From contig JAPLXH010000007.1 in assembly GCA_026396195.1 (NCBI GenBank), positions 35,006 to 99,005 on the forward strand: a DNA stretch of 64,000 nt, in the 5' to 3' direction. Every line of letters starts with the position of its first letter. Within the stretch, counting starts at the first letter, position 1. The position numbers and the translations under genes were made by a program. Shown here piece after piece: positions 37,719 to 46,941 of the stretch. The notes under the pieces were generated by a model. That model ran no database searches and was not told where the DNA came from. It saw only the letters and a list, made by a program, of their open reading frames with translations. Origin of the DNA: Candidatus Nealsonbacteria bacterium (GTDB taxonomy: Bacteria; Patescibacteriota; Minisyncoccia; Minisyncoccales; JAGGXC01).

Positions 37719-37774
37719 GATTTTAGATTTAAAATTAAAATCAAATTTTAATTTTTTAAATTTAAATTAAAATT

Positions 37775-37909
37775 ATGAGTTTTACTTATAATCCCAAAAA
37801 GAAAAAAAGAAAAAGAACCCATGGGTTCAGAAAAAGAATGAAAAAATTTGGCGGCAGGAGGGTTCTTTCCAAACGGAGAAAAAAACACAGAAAAAGATTA
37901 GCTGTTTAA
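37775..37909 (+). CDS. rpmH: 50S ribosomal protein L34
   Basis: 44-aa [44 protein letters not shown]; absent from the ORF track because it is short. Confidence 0.85.
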   Translation: MSFTYNPKKKKRKRTHGFRKRMKKFGGRRVLSKRRKKHRKRLAV

Positions 37910-37913
37910 TTTA

Positions 37914-38255
37914 ATGTTGCCTTTAAAAAATAGACTAAAAAAGAAAAAAGACTTTGACGAAGTTTTTAAAAAAGGGAAAGGAATCGAAGGATTTTTTTTG
38001 TTTTTAAAAATAAAAAACAACGACTTAAAAGAAAGCAGATTTGGTTTTATAGTGTCTCAAAAGGTCAGCAAGAAAGCCGTTATTAGAAACAAAACCAAAA
38101 GAAGAATGAGGGCGGCAGTAACGAACAGGAAAAATTTTATTAAAAAAGGATTAGACATTGTTGTTATGGCCAAAAAAGGAGCTGAGCGGAAAAATTTTTT
38201 GGAAATCGAAGAAGAGCTGGTTAATCTTTTGAAAAAAATAAAAGTATTGGAATGA
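37914..38255 (+). CDS. rnpA: Ribonuclease P protein component
   Basis: Basic 113 aa, [24 protein letters not shown]; position after rpmH. Confidence 0.8.
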   Translation: MLPLKNRLKKKKDFDEVFKKGKGIEGFFLFLKIKNNDLKESRFGFIVSQKVSKKAVIRNKTKRRMRAAVTNRKNFIKKGLDIVVMAKKGAERKNFLEIEEELVNLLKKIKVLE

Positions 38256-38461
38256 TTAAAAAAGTTTTTTTAAAAACAATTTGTTTTTATCAAAAATATT
38301 TTTCTCCGTTATTTCCAAAAGTTTGCCGTTTCTATCCGAGCTGTTCTGAATACTCGTTTTTAGCGATTAAAAAATACGGAGCAATAAAGGGAACTTTTTT
38401 AGGAATAAAAAGAATTTTAAAGTGCCATCGTTTTAATCCGGGAGGAGTAGACCTTCCTTAA
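38252..38461 (+). CDS. yidD: Membrane protein insertion efficiency factor YidD
   Basis: [11 protein letters not shown] motif. Confidence 0.8.
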   Translation: MIKKVFLKTICFYQKYFSPLFPKVCRFYPSCSEYSFLAIKKYGAIKGTFLGIKRILKCHRFNPGGVDLP

Positions 38462-38472
38462 ATTATAAAAAA

Positions 38473-39165
38473 ATGAACATAGGATTAATTTTCAATATTA
38501 TTTTTTACAAACCATTATTTGGTGCTTTGCTTTGGCTTTCTCAAAATTTGCCCGGGAATGATTTAGGAATAGCGATTATTGTTTTGACCTGTGCTATCCG
38601 CCTTTTGATTTATCCTTTAAATACAAAATCAATTCAATCCCAAAAAGCCCTCCAAAAGCTTCAGCCGAAAATTCAAGAAATCCAATCCAGATTTAAAGAC
38701 GATAAAGAAAAACAAGGGAAAGCTATAATGGACCTTTACCGTCAAGAGAAAATCAATCCTTTTTCGGGCTGCCTTCCAATGTTGATTCAACTGCCTATTC
38801 TAATGGCTTTGTTTTTGGTTTTTAAAGACTTTGCAAATAATTTAGACGTTCGGCCAATGTTTTTAGGATTAATTCCTTTAACAGAGCCTTCTAAAATTCT
38901 GGCTGTTTTGTCGGGGATTGCCCAGTTTTTTCAAGTAAAAATGGTAAGTCCTAAAAACAAGCCCGGTAAAGATAAATCAGATTTTTCACAGATAATGCAG
39001 AAAGAAATGTTGTATTTGTTTCCTTTAATCACCGTTGTTTTCTTGTGGAAACTTCCCTCAGCCATTGGCATTTATTGGTTAACTACCAGTTTGTTTTCAA
39101 TAATTCAACAATACTTAATTTTTAAGCCGAAAAATGATTATCAATCAGGAGATTCAAAAAATTAA
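38473..39165 (+). CDS. yidC: YidC/Oxa1 membrane insertase (short form)
   Basis: 5-TM core, QKLQPKIQEIQSRFKDD, PFSGCLPMLIQLPI. Confidence 0.8.
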   Translation: MNIGLIFNIIFYKPLFGALLWLSQNLPGNDLGIAIIVLTCAIRLLIYPLNTKSIQSQKALQKLQPKIQEIQSRFKDDKEKQGKAIMDLYRQEKINPFSGCLPMLIQLPILMALFLVFKDFANNLDVRPMFLGLIPLTEPSKILAVLSGIAQFFQVKMVSPKNKPGKDKSDFSQIMQKEMLYLFPLITVVFLWKLPSAIGIYWLTTSLFSIIQQYLIFKPKNDYQSGDSKN

Positions 39166-39595
39166 AAATATTATCCAGGGTTTTTTTGAAAAAATGACAA
39201 TTCCTGTTGAGGTTGAAATAAGCCCCCGAAAAGACAAAACCATTCCTATTGATATTAAAACGGAAAACCCGCAAATTTTAATTGGAGAAAGAGGGCAAAC
39301 CTTAATTGAGATTCAGCGGATTTTAAAAATTATCATTAAAAGAATAATCAAAGAAGATATTTTTATTGACTTAGATATTAATGATTATAAAAAGAAAAAA
39401 GTTGAGTATCTTAAAGAACTGGCAAGGGCTGCTGCTGACGAAGTTGTTTCTAGTAAAAAAGAAAAAATTCTGACCCCAATGCCAGCTTACGAAAGGAGAA
39501 TAGTTCACTTAGAGTTAGCTGAAATAAAAAATATTACCACCGAAAGCATCGGCGAGGAGCCGGAAAGAAAAATAGTAATCAGGCCCTATCCTTAA
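39134..39595 (+). CDS. jag: Jag-like KH/R3H RNA-binding protein
   Basis: C-terminal R3H (YERRIVHLELAE); position after yidC. Confidence 0.7.
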   Translation: MIINQEIQKIKNIIQGFFEKMTIPVEVEISPRKDKTIPIDIKTENPQILIGERGQTLIEIQRILKIIIKRIIKEDIFIDLDINDYKKKKVEYLKELARAAADEVVSSKKEKILTPMPAYERRIVHLELAEIKNITTESIGEEPERKIVIRPYP

Positions 39596-39606
39596 AATTA
39601 TTTTTT

Positions 39607-41415
39607 TTATTCTTCTTGTTCTTCAGCCAGGGATTCCTTGGCTTTTTTTATTTTCGTCAATTCTTCGGGAGAGGTAGTAATAAATTGGTCTTCAGCATAA
39701 GAAGCAATCACTTTTATTGCTACATGTTTTGGGCCGGCGAAAAATAACCCTTCTCCCACAGCCGACTCTAATAAAAGATATTTTTCTTCTTCGGTCAGGC
39801 CAAACGTTTTTTGAACTACTTCTATAGTAGCCGTAGATTGTTTCATTATGAATTGCATAGCGGAATTGGTGATAATCGGCTGGCCGTAGGTTGATTTCAT
39901 AAAATCAGCCACATCTTGGGTGACAGTAGTAACCCCCAACCAATATTTTCTCGCTCTTTTAACTAATCCAAACAAGAAAGAAGCGCCATCTTCTTTTTGC
40001 ATTATCCACCAAGCCTCATCAACCACTAAAATTCTTTTTTTAAGCTCAGACCTGACTTTATTCCAAATATAACGCATTACAATAAACATGGCTATCGGCC
40101 GCAGCTCTTCTTCTATGTCTCTAATTCCAAAAACAACCAGATTTCCTTCCATGGAAATATTGGTACGGTTGTTGAAAAAGTCAGCATAGGTTCCCTTGGT
40201 GAATTTTCTTATTCTTCTAACTAAAGATTCGGCTCCTTCCATGCCCTCCAAAACTGCTTCCAAATCTTGCATCAAAGGAATTGCTTCTTGCCATGTCCTG
40301 TGGTCGGTTTCCGGAGTAATATCTTTTGCGGCATAGGTTTCAGCAAGAGCCTGGTCTATAATCGCATCTTCTTCAGGAGTTAAACCACCGAGCATAATTC
40401 TCAAAAGTCCGACCAAATTGATGATGTTTGACCTTAAAACATCATCCGGGTTGTCATCGGCTTGCAATAACGGGAGATCAAAAGGATTTATATGATTATC
40501 AGAAGACAAGGAAATGTTAAAAAAGCGGCCTCCAACAGCTTCAGCCAAGGACCTATATTCATTTTCCGGGTCAATAATAATAACATCAACTCCCTGCATT
40601 AAAGACCTCAAAACTTCTAATTTAATTGTATAAGATTTTCCTCCGCCGGACGTTCCAAAAATTACTTCGTTCCCGTTGGCCAAAGAAAAACGGTCAAACA
40701 AGATAAGGGAATTGTTGTGTTTATTTATTCCATAAAGTACGCCGTCGTTTGAGCTTAAATCAAAAGAAATAAAAGGAAAAACACTGGACAAGGGTCCCGT
40801 GTTCATGGGAGTGTAAATTTGCATTTTATCTAAACCGTATGGTGCGCAAGTTAAAAAACCTTCTTTTTGTTGATAGTTAGCCGGTTTAATGTAAATTAAT
40901 CTTGACTCTAAAATAGAACGCAACGTAGTTTCTATTCTTTTTAATTCTTCTTCGTTTTCGCCATAAATTGTAATATAAACTCCAAGCTTCGCCATCCTTT
41001 CTTGGGCAGTTTGAAGCCTTTCTCTTAAGGATTCCAAGTCCTGATAAGCAATTTCCAGGGCAGGGTCTTTTATATACCCTTTTTCTTCTTTTTCAGAAAT
41101 TTCTGCCTGAACTTCAGTTACTTTTTTTCTTAATTTTCTTAATTCAGGGCCTGTTTCTATCGGATGGATGAAAATAGCAACATCTAGCCGGTCGCTTAAA
41201 TTAATAATAGGAGATAGCCATCCAGTGTTGATATACCTTGGATATGAAAATATAAAAAAAGACTTGGACAGCCTTTTCCCAAAATTGATGGAATCGTAAT
41301 TTATGGCTATTGAAGCCGGAGAAACAATATCTTTTAAGTCTATCCTGGAATGCTCGACGATTTTTTCCCGTTCGCTTGGCTCTATGTTTTGCTTTGTTTT
41401 TTTAAAAAAAGACAT
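39607..41415 (-). CDS. VirB4/TraC(TrbE)-like type IV secretion ATPase, C-terminal ATPase portion
   Basis: Walker A VIFGTSGGGKSYT at about residue 250, Walker B ILVVDEAWW, size and layout of Gram-positive VirB4 (PrgJ/TcpF-like). Confidence 0.55.
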   Translation of the reverse strand: MSFFKKTKQNIEPSEREKIVEHSRIDLKDIVSPASIAINYDSINFGKRLSKSFFIFSYPRYINTGWLSPIINLSDRLDVAIFIHPIETGPELRKLRKKVTEVQAEISEKEEKGYIKDPALEIAYQDLESLRERLQTAQERMAKLGVYITIYGENEEELKRIETTLRSILESRLIYIKPANYQQKEGFLTCAPYGLDKMQIYTPMNTGPLSSVFPFISFDLSSNDGVLYGINKHNNSLILFDRFSLANGNEVIFGTSGGGKSYTIKLEVLRSLMQGVDVIIIDPENEYRSLAEAVGGRFFNISLSSDNHINPFDLPLLQADDNPDDVLRSNIINLVGLLRIMLGGLTPEEDAIIDQALAETYAAKDITPETDHRTWQEAIPLMQDLEAVLEGMEGAESLVRRIRKFTKGTYADFFNNRTNISMEGNLVVFGIRDIEEELRPIAMFIVMRYIWNKVRSELKKRILVVDEAWWIMQKEDGASFLFGLVKRARKYWLGVTTVTQDVADFMKSTYGQPIITNSAMQFIMKQSTATIEVVQKTFGLTEEEKYLLLESAVGEGLFFAGPKHVAIKVIASYAEDQFITTSPEELTKIKKAKESLAEEQEE

Positions 41416-41439
41416 TTTGATTTTTATTTATTGACCGGC

Positions 41440-42084
41440 TTATTTAATTATTTCTGGCGGAATTTCCGGATAATAACCAAGTTCGGCCTCTTCCGGATGA
41501 TGCAACCCCCATAATAATTCAATTAGTTCGGCGCTGTTTAAAGGAGAAGATTGCAGTCCGCACCTTCTTAATCCTAAAGAAATAAATTCCATTCTTTGCC
41601 AAAGCTGAACTTTGGTTCTTTGAAAAACGTCTTCCGTGAGGGTTAGAGTCGGTGTTTTTGAAAGAAAGCCGGTTTTTTTAGAACTTTGAGTCTCGACAAG
41701 AGAGAAAGGCACAACGACAAAAAAATTTTTACTCATTATGGAGCTCCTTAATATTAAATCTTCAATGAACTTTCGATATTCGGCAGTTTGGATTTTTAAT
41801 AATTCGTTTTTTTGTTTTATTTCCAGGTCTTTCATTTTTTCCAAGTAACCGGTGATGTTTAACTTTCTGGATTGGACGATAATTTGTAAAGAAAAATCCA
41901 GCGAATTCAAAAAATCCTGAAATTGATAAATCGTAGCATTTTGTTCCTCTTCTTCTTTTAAAGCGAAGTTTAAAGAAGAAACCATTAAAACACCCCTCAT
42001 GGCCTTGCTCTTTAGAATCATTATTCCTTCTTTGATTTCATCTACTTCTAAAAATTGTTGCGTGGAAATATTTTTTTTATCCAT
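41440..42084 (-). CDS. VirB4-like N-terminal domain (separate ORF: split gene or frameshift)
   Basis: GIMILKSKAMRGVLMVSSLNFALKEEEEQ resembles the conserved PINFxLxSxxEQ N-terminal block of Gram-positive VirB4 proteins; 214 + 602 aa gives a full-length VirB4. Confidence 0.45.
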   Translation of the reverse strand: MDKKNISTQQFLEVDEIKEGIMILKSKAMRGVLMVSSLNFALKEEEEQNATIYQFQDFLNSLDFSLQIIVQSRKLNITGYLEKMKDLEIKQKNELLKIQTAEYRKFIEDLILRSSIMSKNFFVVVPFSLVETQSSKKTGFLSKTPTLTLTEDVFQRTKVQLWQRMEFISLGLRRCGLQSSPLNSAELIELLWGLHHPEEAELGYYPEIPPEIIK

Positions 42085-42085
42085 G

Positions 42086-42490
42086 TTAATTTTTTGTTTC
42101 TACTTGAGTGGCTAATTCTTTTAACCTGCTTTTTTTAATAATTTTAGGAGTAGTATCCTCCTCTTTTTTTTCTTTTATTCTTTCTTGCCTGATAACTATT
42201 TTGGGAGCCATTATCTTTTTTTGCCAGATATAAACTTTAGGAGATAAGTTAAAAAAGAAAAAATTTTTCAGAACAGATAAAGGATGAAGCCCGCCAATTT
42301 TTAAAAAAACCAGAGCCATAGAACCCCCTCCGACAAAAATTATAACCGGTACGTAAATATAAAAAGGTGTTTTTAAAACAGCGGCAAAACAAACAATGCC
42401 GGCTATGGCCACGACAATGAATTGCTTGAAACTGAAAGGGCCGATTACTTTAGCTTCGTATTCAATAAATTGGGGGACAGTGAATTCCAT
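42086..42490 (-). CDS. PrgI-like small two-TM membrane protein (T4SS accessory)
   Basis: 134 aa with two hydrophobic helices then a charged tail, immediately upstream of the VirB4-like ORFs, as in prgI-prgJ. Confidence 0.35.
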   Translation of the reverse strand: MEFTVPQFIEYEAKVIGPFSFKQFIVVAIAGIVCFAAVLKTPFYIYVPVIIFVGGGSMALVFLKIGGLHPLSVLKNFFFFNLSPKVYIWQKKIMAPKIVIRQERIKEKKEEDTTPKIIKKSRLKELATQVETKN

Positions 42491-42509
42491 TTATTTATTT
42501 TAGATTTTT

Positions 42510-43058
42510 TTATTCTTCTTCTTCGATTGATTCTCTATAACCGTCTTTTTTTTTACTCGTGCCAGCCGATTTTTTTTCGGTCGCGTTAACGAGTTCTACC
42601 TCTTTTTTTTCTGTTGAAGAACGAACTCCAGTCTCGGTTGGTTTTTCTTTCGGAGCGGTTTTTTCGTATAAATTGGATAAACTTAATTCGAGAGGATATA
42701 AAATAAATCTTTCAATTTCTTTGCTGACTTTTTCAGCTTTTTCTTTTTCGAAACCGAACTCTTGTTGCAAGGTTTCCGGCAGTTTTTCCGGCTCTGAAAC
42801 TCCAAGTAAAACCCGACCGACAATTTTTGCCAGTTTGGAAACTTCTTCTATGTCGTTATGCTCACAAATTTCATAAACATCATCAGCGGTTTTTTCGGAA
42901 AAAACAGCATCTTGAAGGTCAGACGGAAGATTTTCAAAAAGTTTCCAAAACTGGTTGGGAGTATAGTCTTTGGGCATAAATTTAAAAAAATTACTTTTAT
43001 TTATTTTACCACACAGACTAAAGAAGAGTAAAGAATATTGACAAATAATAATTTTCAT
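42510..43058 (-). CDS. Hypothetical cytoplasmic acidic protein (likely starts at MPKDYTPNQFW, about 42974)
   Basis: ORF only. Confidence 0.3.
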   Translation of the reverse strand: MKIIICQYSLLFFSLCGKINKSNFFKFMPKDYTPNQFWKLFENLPSDLQDAVFSEKTADDVYEICEHNDIEEVSKLAKIVGRVLLGVSEPEKLPETLQQEFGFEKEKAEKVSKEIERFILYPLELSLSNLYEKTAPKEKPTETGVRSSTEKKEVELVNATEKKSAGTSKKKDGYRESIEEEE

Positions 43059-43140
43059 GCATAATCATAGAAGAGCTAAGAGGATTAAAATGTTCTTAGC
43101 GCCTGAATAATTTCAGGTTGATTTAAAATAAAATAAAGGA

Positions 43141-44403
43141 GTGATGCGAATGGATGAAAATGATAAATCAGAAGAAGCAAAAAAAGAAGCTGAAACGGAA
43201 ATAACCGACGAAGACATTGAAGAAGACATTAAAGAGGAAAAACAGCGGAGAACATTAACTGAAATAGGTTTAAGTGCTGCGATTATTCTTTGGTGGATAT
43301 TATTTCCGACAATAGGATATCTGGCAATAAACGCAATAACCGCGATTTTGCCAACTTCAGCATATATATTATTTATCGATTTTCCGCTTAGAGACTTAGC
43401 TTTTCTTGTTCTGATTATCGTATTAATAGCGCTTGAAATCAGATATATCTACAAGTCTTGGGGATTTATTTCTTACAGGCCCCCTTATGTTGGACTAGGA
43501 GTAATCTGGGGAAAAAGGAAGGTTAAAATAGTAAAAAAAGAAGGATGGATATTGATTGCCGATTACTTTCCCTTTAACTACACAGTTACTTTAATAAAAG
43601 TTCAAAAAATCGACAAAGATTTTACTTTCTCGGACATAAGGACCAAGGCGAAAGAAGAAGAAAAGGACTCTAAATTGCCGTCTAGGTCAGGAGCATTGGT
43701 TGAAGTAGATGTTTCTTTAACTTTTATTCCGGACTACAAAGGCAAGGATGCCGGGGAAAGGCTTAAATCTTATTTGAATAGTGGAGAAGCAGAGGGCGTT
43801 ATAAACATTATCCAAGACCAAATTGCAGAAGAGTTAAGAATTTTAGGCGGGAAACACGATTGGGAAGAATATACTTTCAGTGCGACAGAAATAAAAAGGG
43901 TGCTATTGGAGAAGCTTACAGGAGCTGATATTAACGGGGCAAAAGATGAAAAAGAAAAAGCTAAAAGACAAAGAAAGATTGAACGGGAAATTCGAATTTC
44001 AGGAGCCAGAGATGTGTCAGACTTAGGCATAAGAATATGCAGATTAAACATAGGACAAATAGATTTGCCGAAAAATAGTTCTATGAAAAAGGAAGCTGAC
44101 AGTCTGGAAAGAGAAAGGCAAAAAAGGCAGGGAGACACCATTCAAATGAATTTTCTAGAGGAGCAGGTAAGAAAGTTTATAGCCCTCGGTTTAAGTCCTG
44201 GAGAAGCGTCAGACGTTGTCCAAACCCAACTTAAAATGGCCGGTAAAAATATCAATACCTTCCGGGGATTAGAAGGAAGCAAAGGCAAAGACGGTCAAAG
44301 TCAGGGAATAACGCCCAATATCATAGCTATCGTAGAAGACAAAGTCAGAACCAGTAAAGAAAAAACCAAAAAGAAAGACGAAGACGAAGAAGAAAACGAA
44401 TAA
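43141..44403 (+). CDS. Membrane protein with SPFH/band-7-like domain and K/E-rich tail
   Basis: Acidic N-terminus, 3 TM, then GLGVIWGKRKVKIVKKEGWILIADYFPFNYTVTLIKV...; coiled-coil C-terminus; an upstream TTGACA-N17-ATAATC. Confidence 0.4.
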   Translation: MMRMDENDKSEEAKKEAETEITDEDIEEDIKEEKQRRTLTEIGLSAAIILWWILFPTIGYLAINAITAILPTSAYILFIDFPLRDLAFLVLIIVLIALEIRYIYKSWGFISYRPPYVGLGVIWGKRKVKIVKKEGWILIADYFPFNYTVTLIKVQKIDKDFTFSDIRTKAKEEEKDSKLPSRSGALVEVDVSLTFIPDYKGKDAGERLKSYLNSGEAEGVINIIQDQIAEELRILGGKHDWEEYTFSATEIKRVLLEKLTGADINGAKDEKEKAKRQRKIEREIRISGARDVSDLGIRICRLNIGQIDLPKNSSMKKEADSLERERQKRQGDTIQMNFLEEQVRKFIALGLSPGEASDVVQTQLKMAGKNINTFRGLEGSKGKDGQSQGITPNIIAIVEDKVRTSKEKTKKKDEDEEENE

Positions 44404-44415
44404 ATCGACAGTAAA

Positions 44416-44462
44416 CAAAAAAGGGATTAATTTCTAATATTAAATTAATCCCTCTTTTTTAT
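44416..44462. terminator. Bidirectional terminator (perfect 12-bp stem AGGGATTAATTT / AAATTAATCCCT)
   Basis: Lies between the convergent SPFH-like gene and the VirB6-like gene. Confidence 0.6.
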
Positions 44463-44499
44463 TTTTAGTTTGTTTTATTTTCCATTTATTTCACTTTTT

Positions 44500-46938
44500 T
44501 TATTTTCTTCCTTGTTTTTTTATCCAATTTTCGTCTTCTTTTCTTTTTTTCCTTGCCGCTGCTTCTTCTTCTCTTCTTTTTTTAATTACCATATTTTCTT
44601 CTTCTCTTCTTTTTTTCCTTATTATTTCCTCTTCTTCTCTCATTCTTTTTTGATGTTCCCTGATGCTTTCAGGCTTACCAGTTGTCCAACCGACGTCTTC
44701 CTCGTGTTGCATTCCTGCTATCGGCGGTACCGGCGGCGGCGTTTGTCTTTCTCGCAGAACTTGTCTAATAGACCTAGGTTCTGTTTCAGTAGCTTCAGGG
44801 GAAGACTTTGTGGCACCAGACATGTTTTGTGGAGTGCTTTTCGAGTTTTTCCATTTTTCTTGGTCTTTTCTCATTTTATCATTTCTTTTTTTAATCTTGT
44901 CCTTAATATTTAATCCTTCAATTGGAGTGAAACCTGCTTCTTGAGCAGTGTTGCTGGCTAAATAGCCAGGCAATCGAGAGTTTCTTGGTTGCCCGGTTTT
45001 TTCATCAATTTCATAATACCAATCTGAATTGCCATTGTGAACTGCATCGTGTTTTCCCGCCTCAAAGTCAGATACAAATCCTTGGCCGAATTTTTTAGCT
45101 GCCTCTGAAATTTGAGGCCCGGCCCAGAACTTGTGGGCAGCCTCCATAAGGTCTTTATCTGAATGCCAGCCTTTTTGAAGGGATTTGATTTCATTATCGT
45201 CTTTAGCTTCTTTGATAATTTTTTCTCCATAAGACTTAAATCCATCTTTTTCCATTTGTTCTTTTGTATAAGTTCCTCTTCTTCCCTGAATAACTCCGAA
45301 TTCTTCAGGCATATCTTTTGTAAAAGCCCTTTCCATATTTTTCTGTTCTTCTTTTTTACCCATAAGCCCTAATTGGTCATAAGCTTTTGTCAGTTCCAGC
45401 TTGCCCTGGGCTGTTACATTTCCGTCCTTGTCTTTAACCAGTTTATCTATGCCACCTGTTTGTTTTTGTTCCATCATGCTCTGTAAAATAGCACTCCTTT
45501 TAGCCGCATCAACAGGATTAGTTTTCAGATATGCTTCAACGTTTTTATCAGAGTCTTGTTCTTTGGAGGCTTGTTGGTAAGCTTCGTTATAAGCTCCTTT
45601 ATCCATCTCTTTAGTGCTATTTAGGTAAGCTCTTCCCATCTTGCTTTTCCAGCTTTTATTTACCAGACCGCCGCTTTTGGCACCTCCTTTTTGCGTAGAC
45701 CATTGTTGCATTCTTGATTGCATTTTTTCGCCGGTTTTAGTATGACCAGCCGCCCTAGTGACCTTACCTCCCGCCTTTTTAGCTTTTTTCATTATTCCAG
45801 CAAAACCTCCCATTCCCTTGTAGGCGCCTTCCAATTTTGAAATTGCGACATCAGCGCCGGCAGGAACGTATTTTTTGGTAATGTGAAAAGCAACAGCCAG
45901 GAAGCAAAGTAAAAATAAATAATCAAAAGTGGAGTCAGGCAGCCTGAAAGAAGGAAGTCCGCTGGCAGCCGAAAGATCTATGTTTCCCGGCCTGACTACA
46001 AAAGATTGAGTATATAAAGTTGTTATTAATCCGGTTAAAAATAAAGCCACCACGCCTAAAAAAGCCCATTGTACGACAAAAGTAAGCCATTTTTTAAAAT
46101 ATTTTTCAGTTTGAGGAAAAATTAAGCAGAAAAAAGCCAAAGGAGCAAAAATAGACAAAAGCCAAAGCGCGGCGATTCTTATTAAGAAAAGAATAAAATA
46201 GATAAAATAAATAGCTCCTAAGACCAAATTCATTGCGATCAGTACGACCATAGAAAAAATATCGCCCAACAAACTTCCCATAAAAGTTTGGGTAAGAAGA
46301 ATGGCAAGAGAGAAGATGCTTCCAAAAGCTGTAAAAGCGCTGGCAACATAGGCAGTAACGGTTACCAGCATAACATTTATTATTGCGCTAAAGCTTGATT
46401 GTAAGGGACGGAGAGCCGCGCTGACAAAGTCGGTTCCGAAAGCTTGAATAAAAGTGTTCATAAAGAACTGGGCAATGTCAGTAAAAATTCCCACTATAAG
46501 CAAGCTAAAATTAACCAACAAAATAACAATAACTAATCTGACAAAAGATTTTTTAGACTGCAGGCTTTCAATTTTTAAAATATAACCCAAGGCAATGAAG
46601 ATAATAGACAAAACAAAAAAGATGTTAACCAGTCCCGAGACGAAAGTCCATCCTGCCCAAACCGTGGGATTGCTTATATTAACAGGAATACTGATTGCCC
46701 ATTGAAAAAGATGAGCGGACAAAACGACAAAACCTGAAGATGCAAAAGCGAGCAAAATGAGTTTTACCAACAAGCCCAGAATCTGTTGGTCTATAAAATC
46801 AAGGGCATTCAAAACCGTGTCAACATAATCAAAAATTCCGGTTCCAATTATTGCCTTGGCTTGATTAGAAAAAATAAAGAATCCCGTAAAAACAAGACAA
46901 ACAAGTAAGATTATTTTATATTTTTTAATTTTAGCCAT
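44500..46938 (-). CDS. VirB6/TrbL-like polytopic membrane protein with long hydrophilic C-terminal tail
   Basis: Signal peptide, about 8 TM helices in the first 400 aa, then a 400-aa charged tail; assignment rests on topology and operon context only. Confidence 0.4.
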   Translation of the reverse strand: MAKIKKYKIILLVCLVFTGFFIFSNQAKAIIGTGIFDYVDTVLNALDFIDQQILGLLVKLILLAFASSGFVVLSAHLFQWAISIPVNISNPTVWAGWTFVSGLVNIFFVLSIIFIALGYILKIESLQSKKSFVRLVIVILLVNFSLLIVGIFTDIAQFFMNTFIQAFGTDFVSAALRPLQSSFSAIINVMLVTVTAYVASAFTAFGSIFSLAILLTQTFMGSLLGDIFSMVVLIAMNLVLGAIYFIYFILFLIRIAALWLLSIFAPLAFFCLIFPQTEKYFKKWLTFVVQWAFLGVVALFLTGLITTLYTQSFVVRPGNIDLSAASGLPSFRLPDSTFDYLFLLCFLAVAFHITKKYVPAGADVAISKLEGAYKGMGGFAGIMKKAKKAGGKVTRAAGHTKTGEKMQSRMQQWSTQKGGAKSGGLVNKSWKSKMGRAYLNSTKEMDKGAYNEAYQQASKEQDSDKNVEAYLKTNPVDAAKRSAILQSMMEQKQTGGIDKLVKDKDGNVTAQGKLELTKAYDQLGLMGKKEEQKNMERAFTKDMPEEFGVIQGRRGTYTKEQMEKDGFKSYGEKIIKEAKDDNEIKSLQKGWHSDKDLMEAAHKFWAGPQISEAAKKFGQGFVSDFEAGKHDAVHNGNSDWYYEIDEKTGQPRNSRLPGYLASNTAQEAGFTPIEGLNIKDKIKKRNDKMRKDQEKWKNSKSTPQNMSGATKSSPEATETEPRSIRQVLRERQTPPPVPPIAGMQHEEDVGWTTGKPESIREHQKRMREEEEIIRKKRREEENMVIKKRREEEAAARKKRKEDENWIKKQGRK

Positions 46939-46941
46939 TTT

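Noticed and set aside
44470-45372. + strand ORFs 44470..44913, 44663..44944, 45163..45372 and minus-strand ORF 44958..45245
   Set aside because: Embedded in or antisense to the 3' K/E/R-rich tail of the VirB6-like gene; Phe/Ser-rich low-complexity translations of AAG/GAA-rich DNA.
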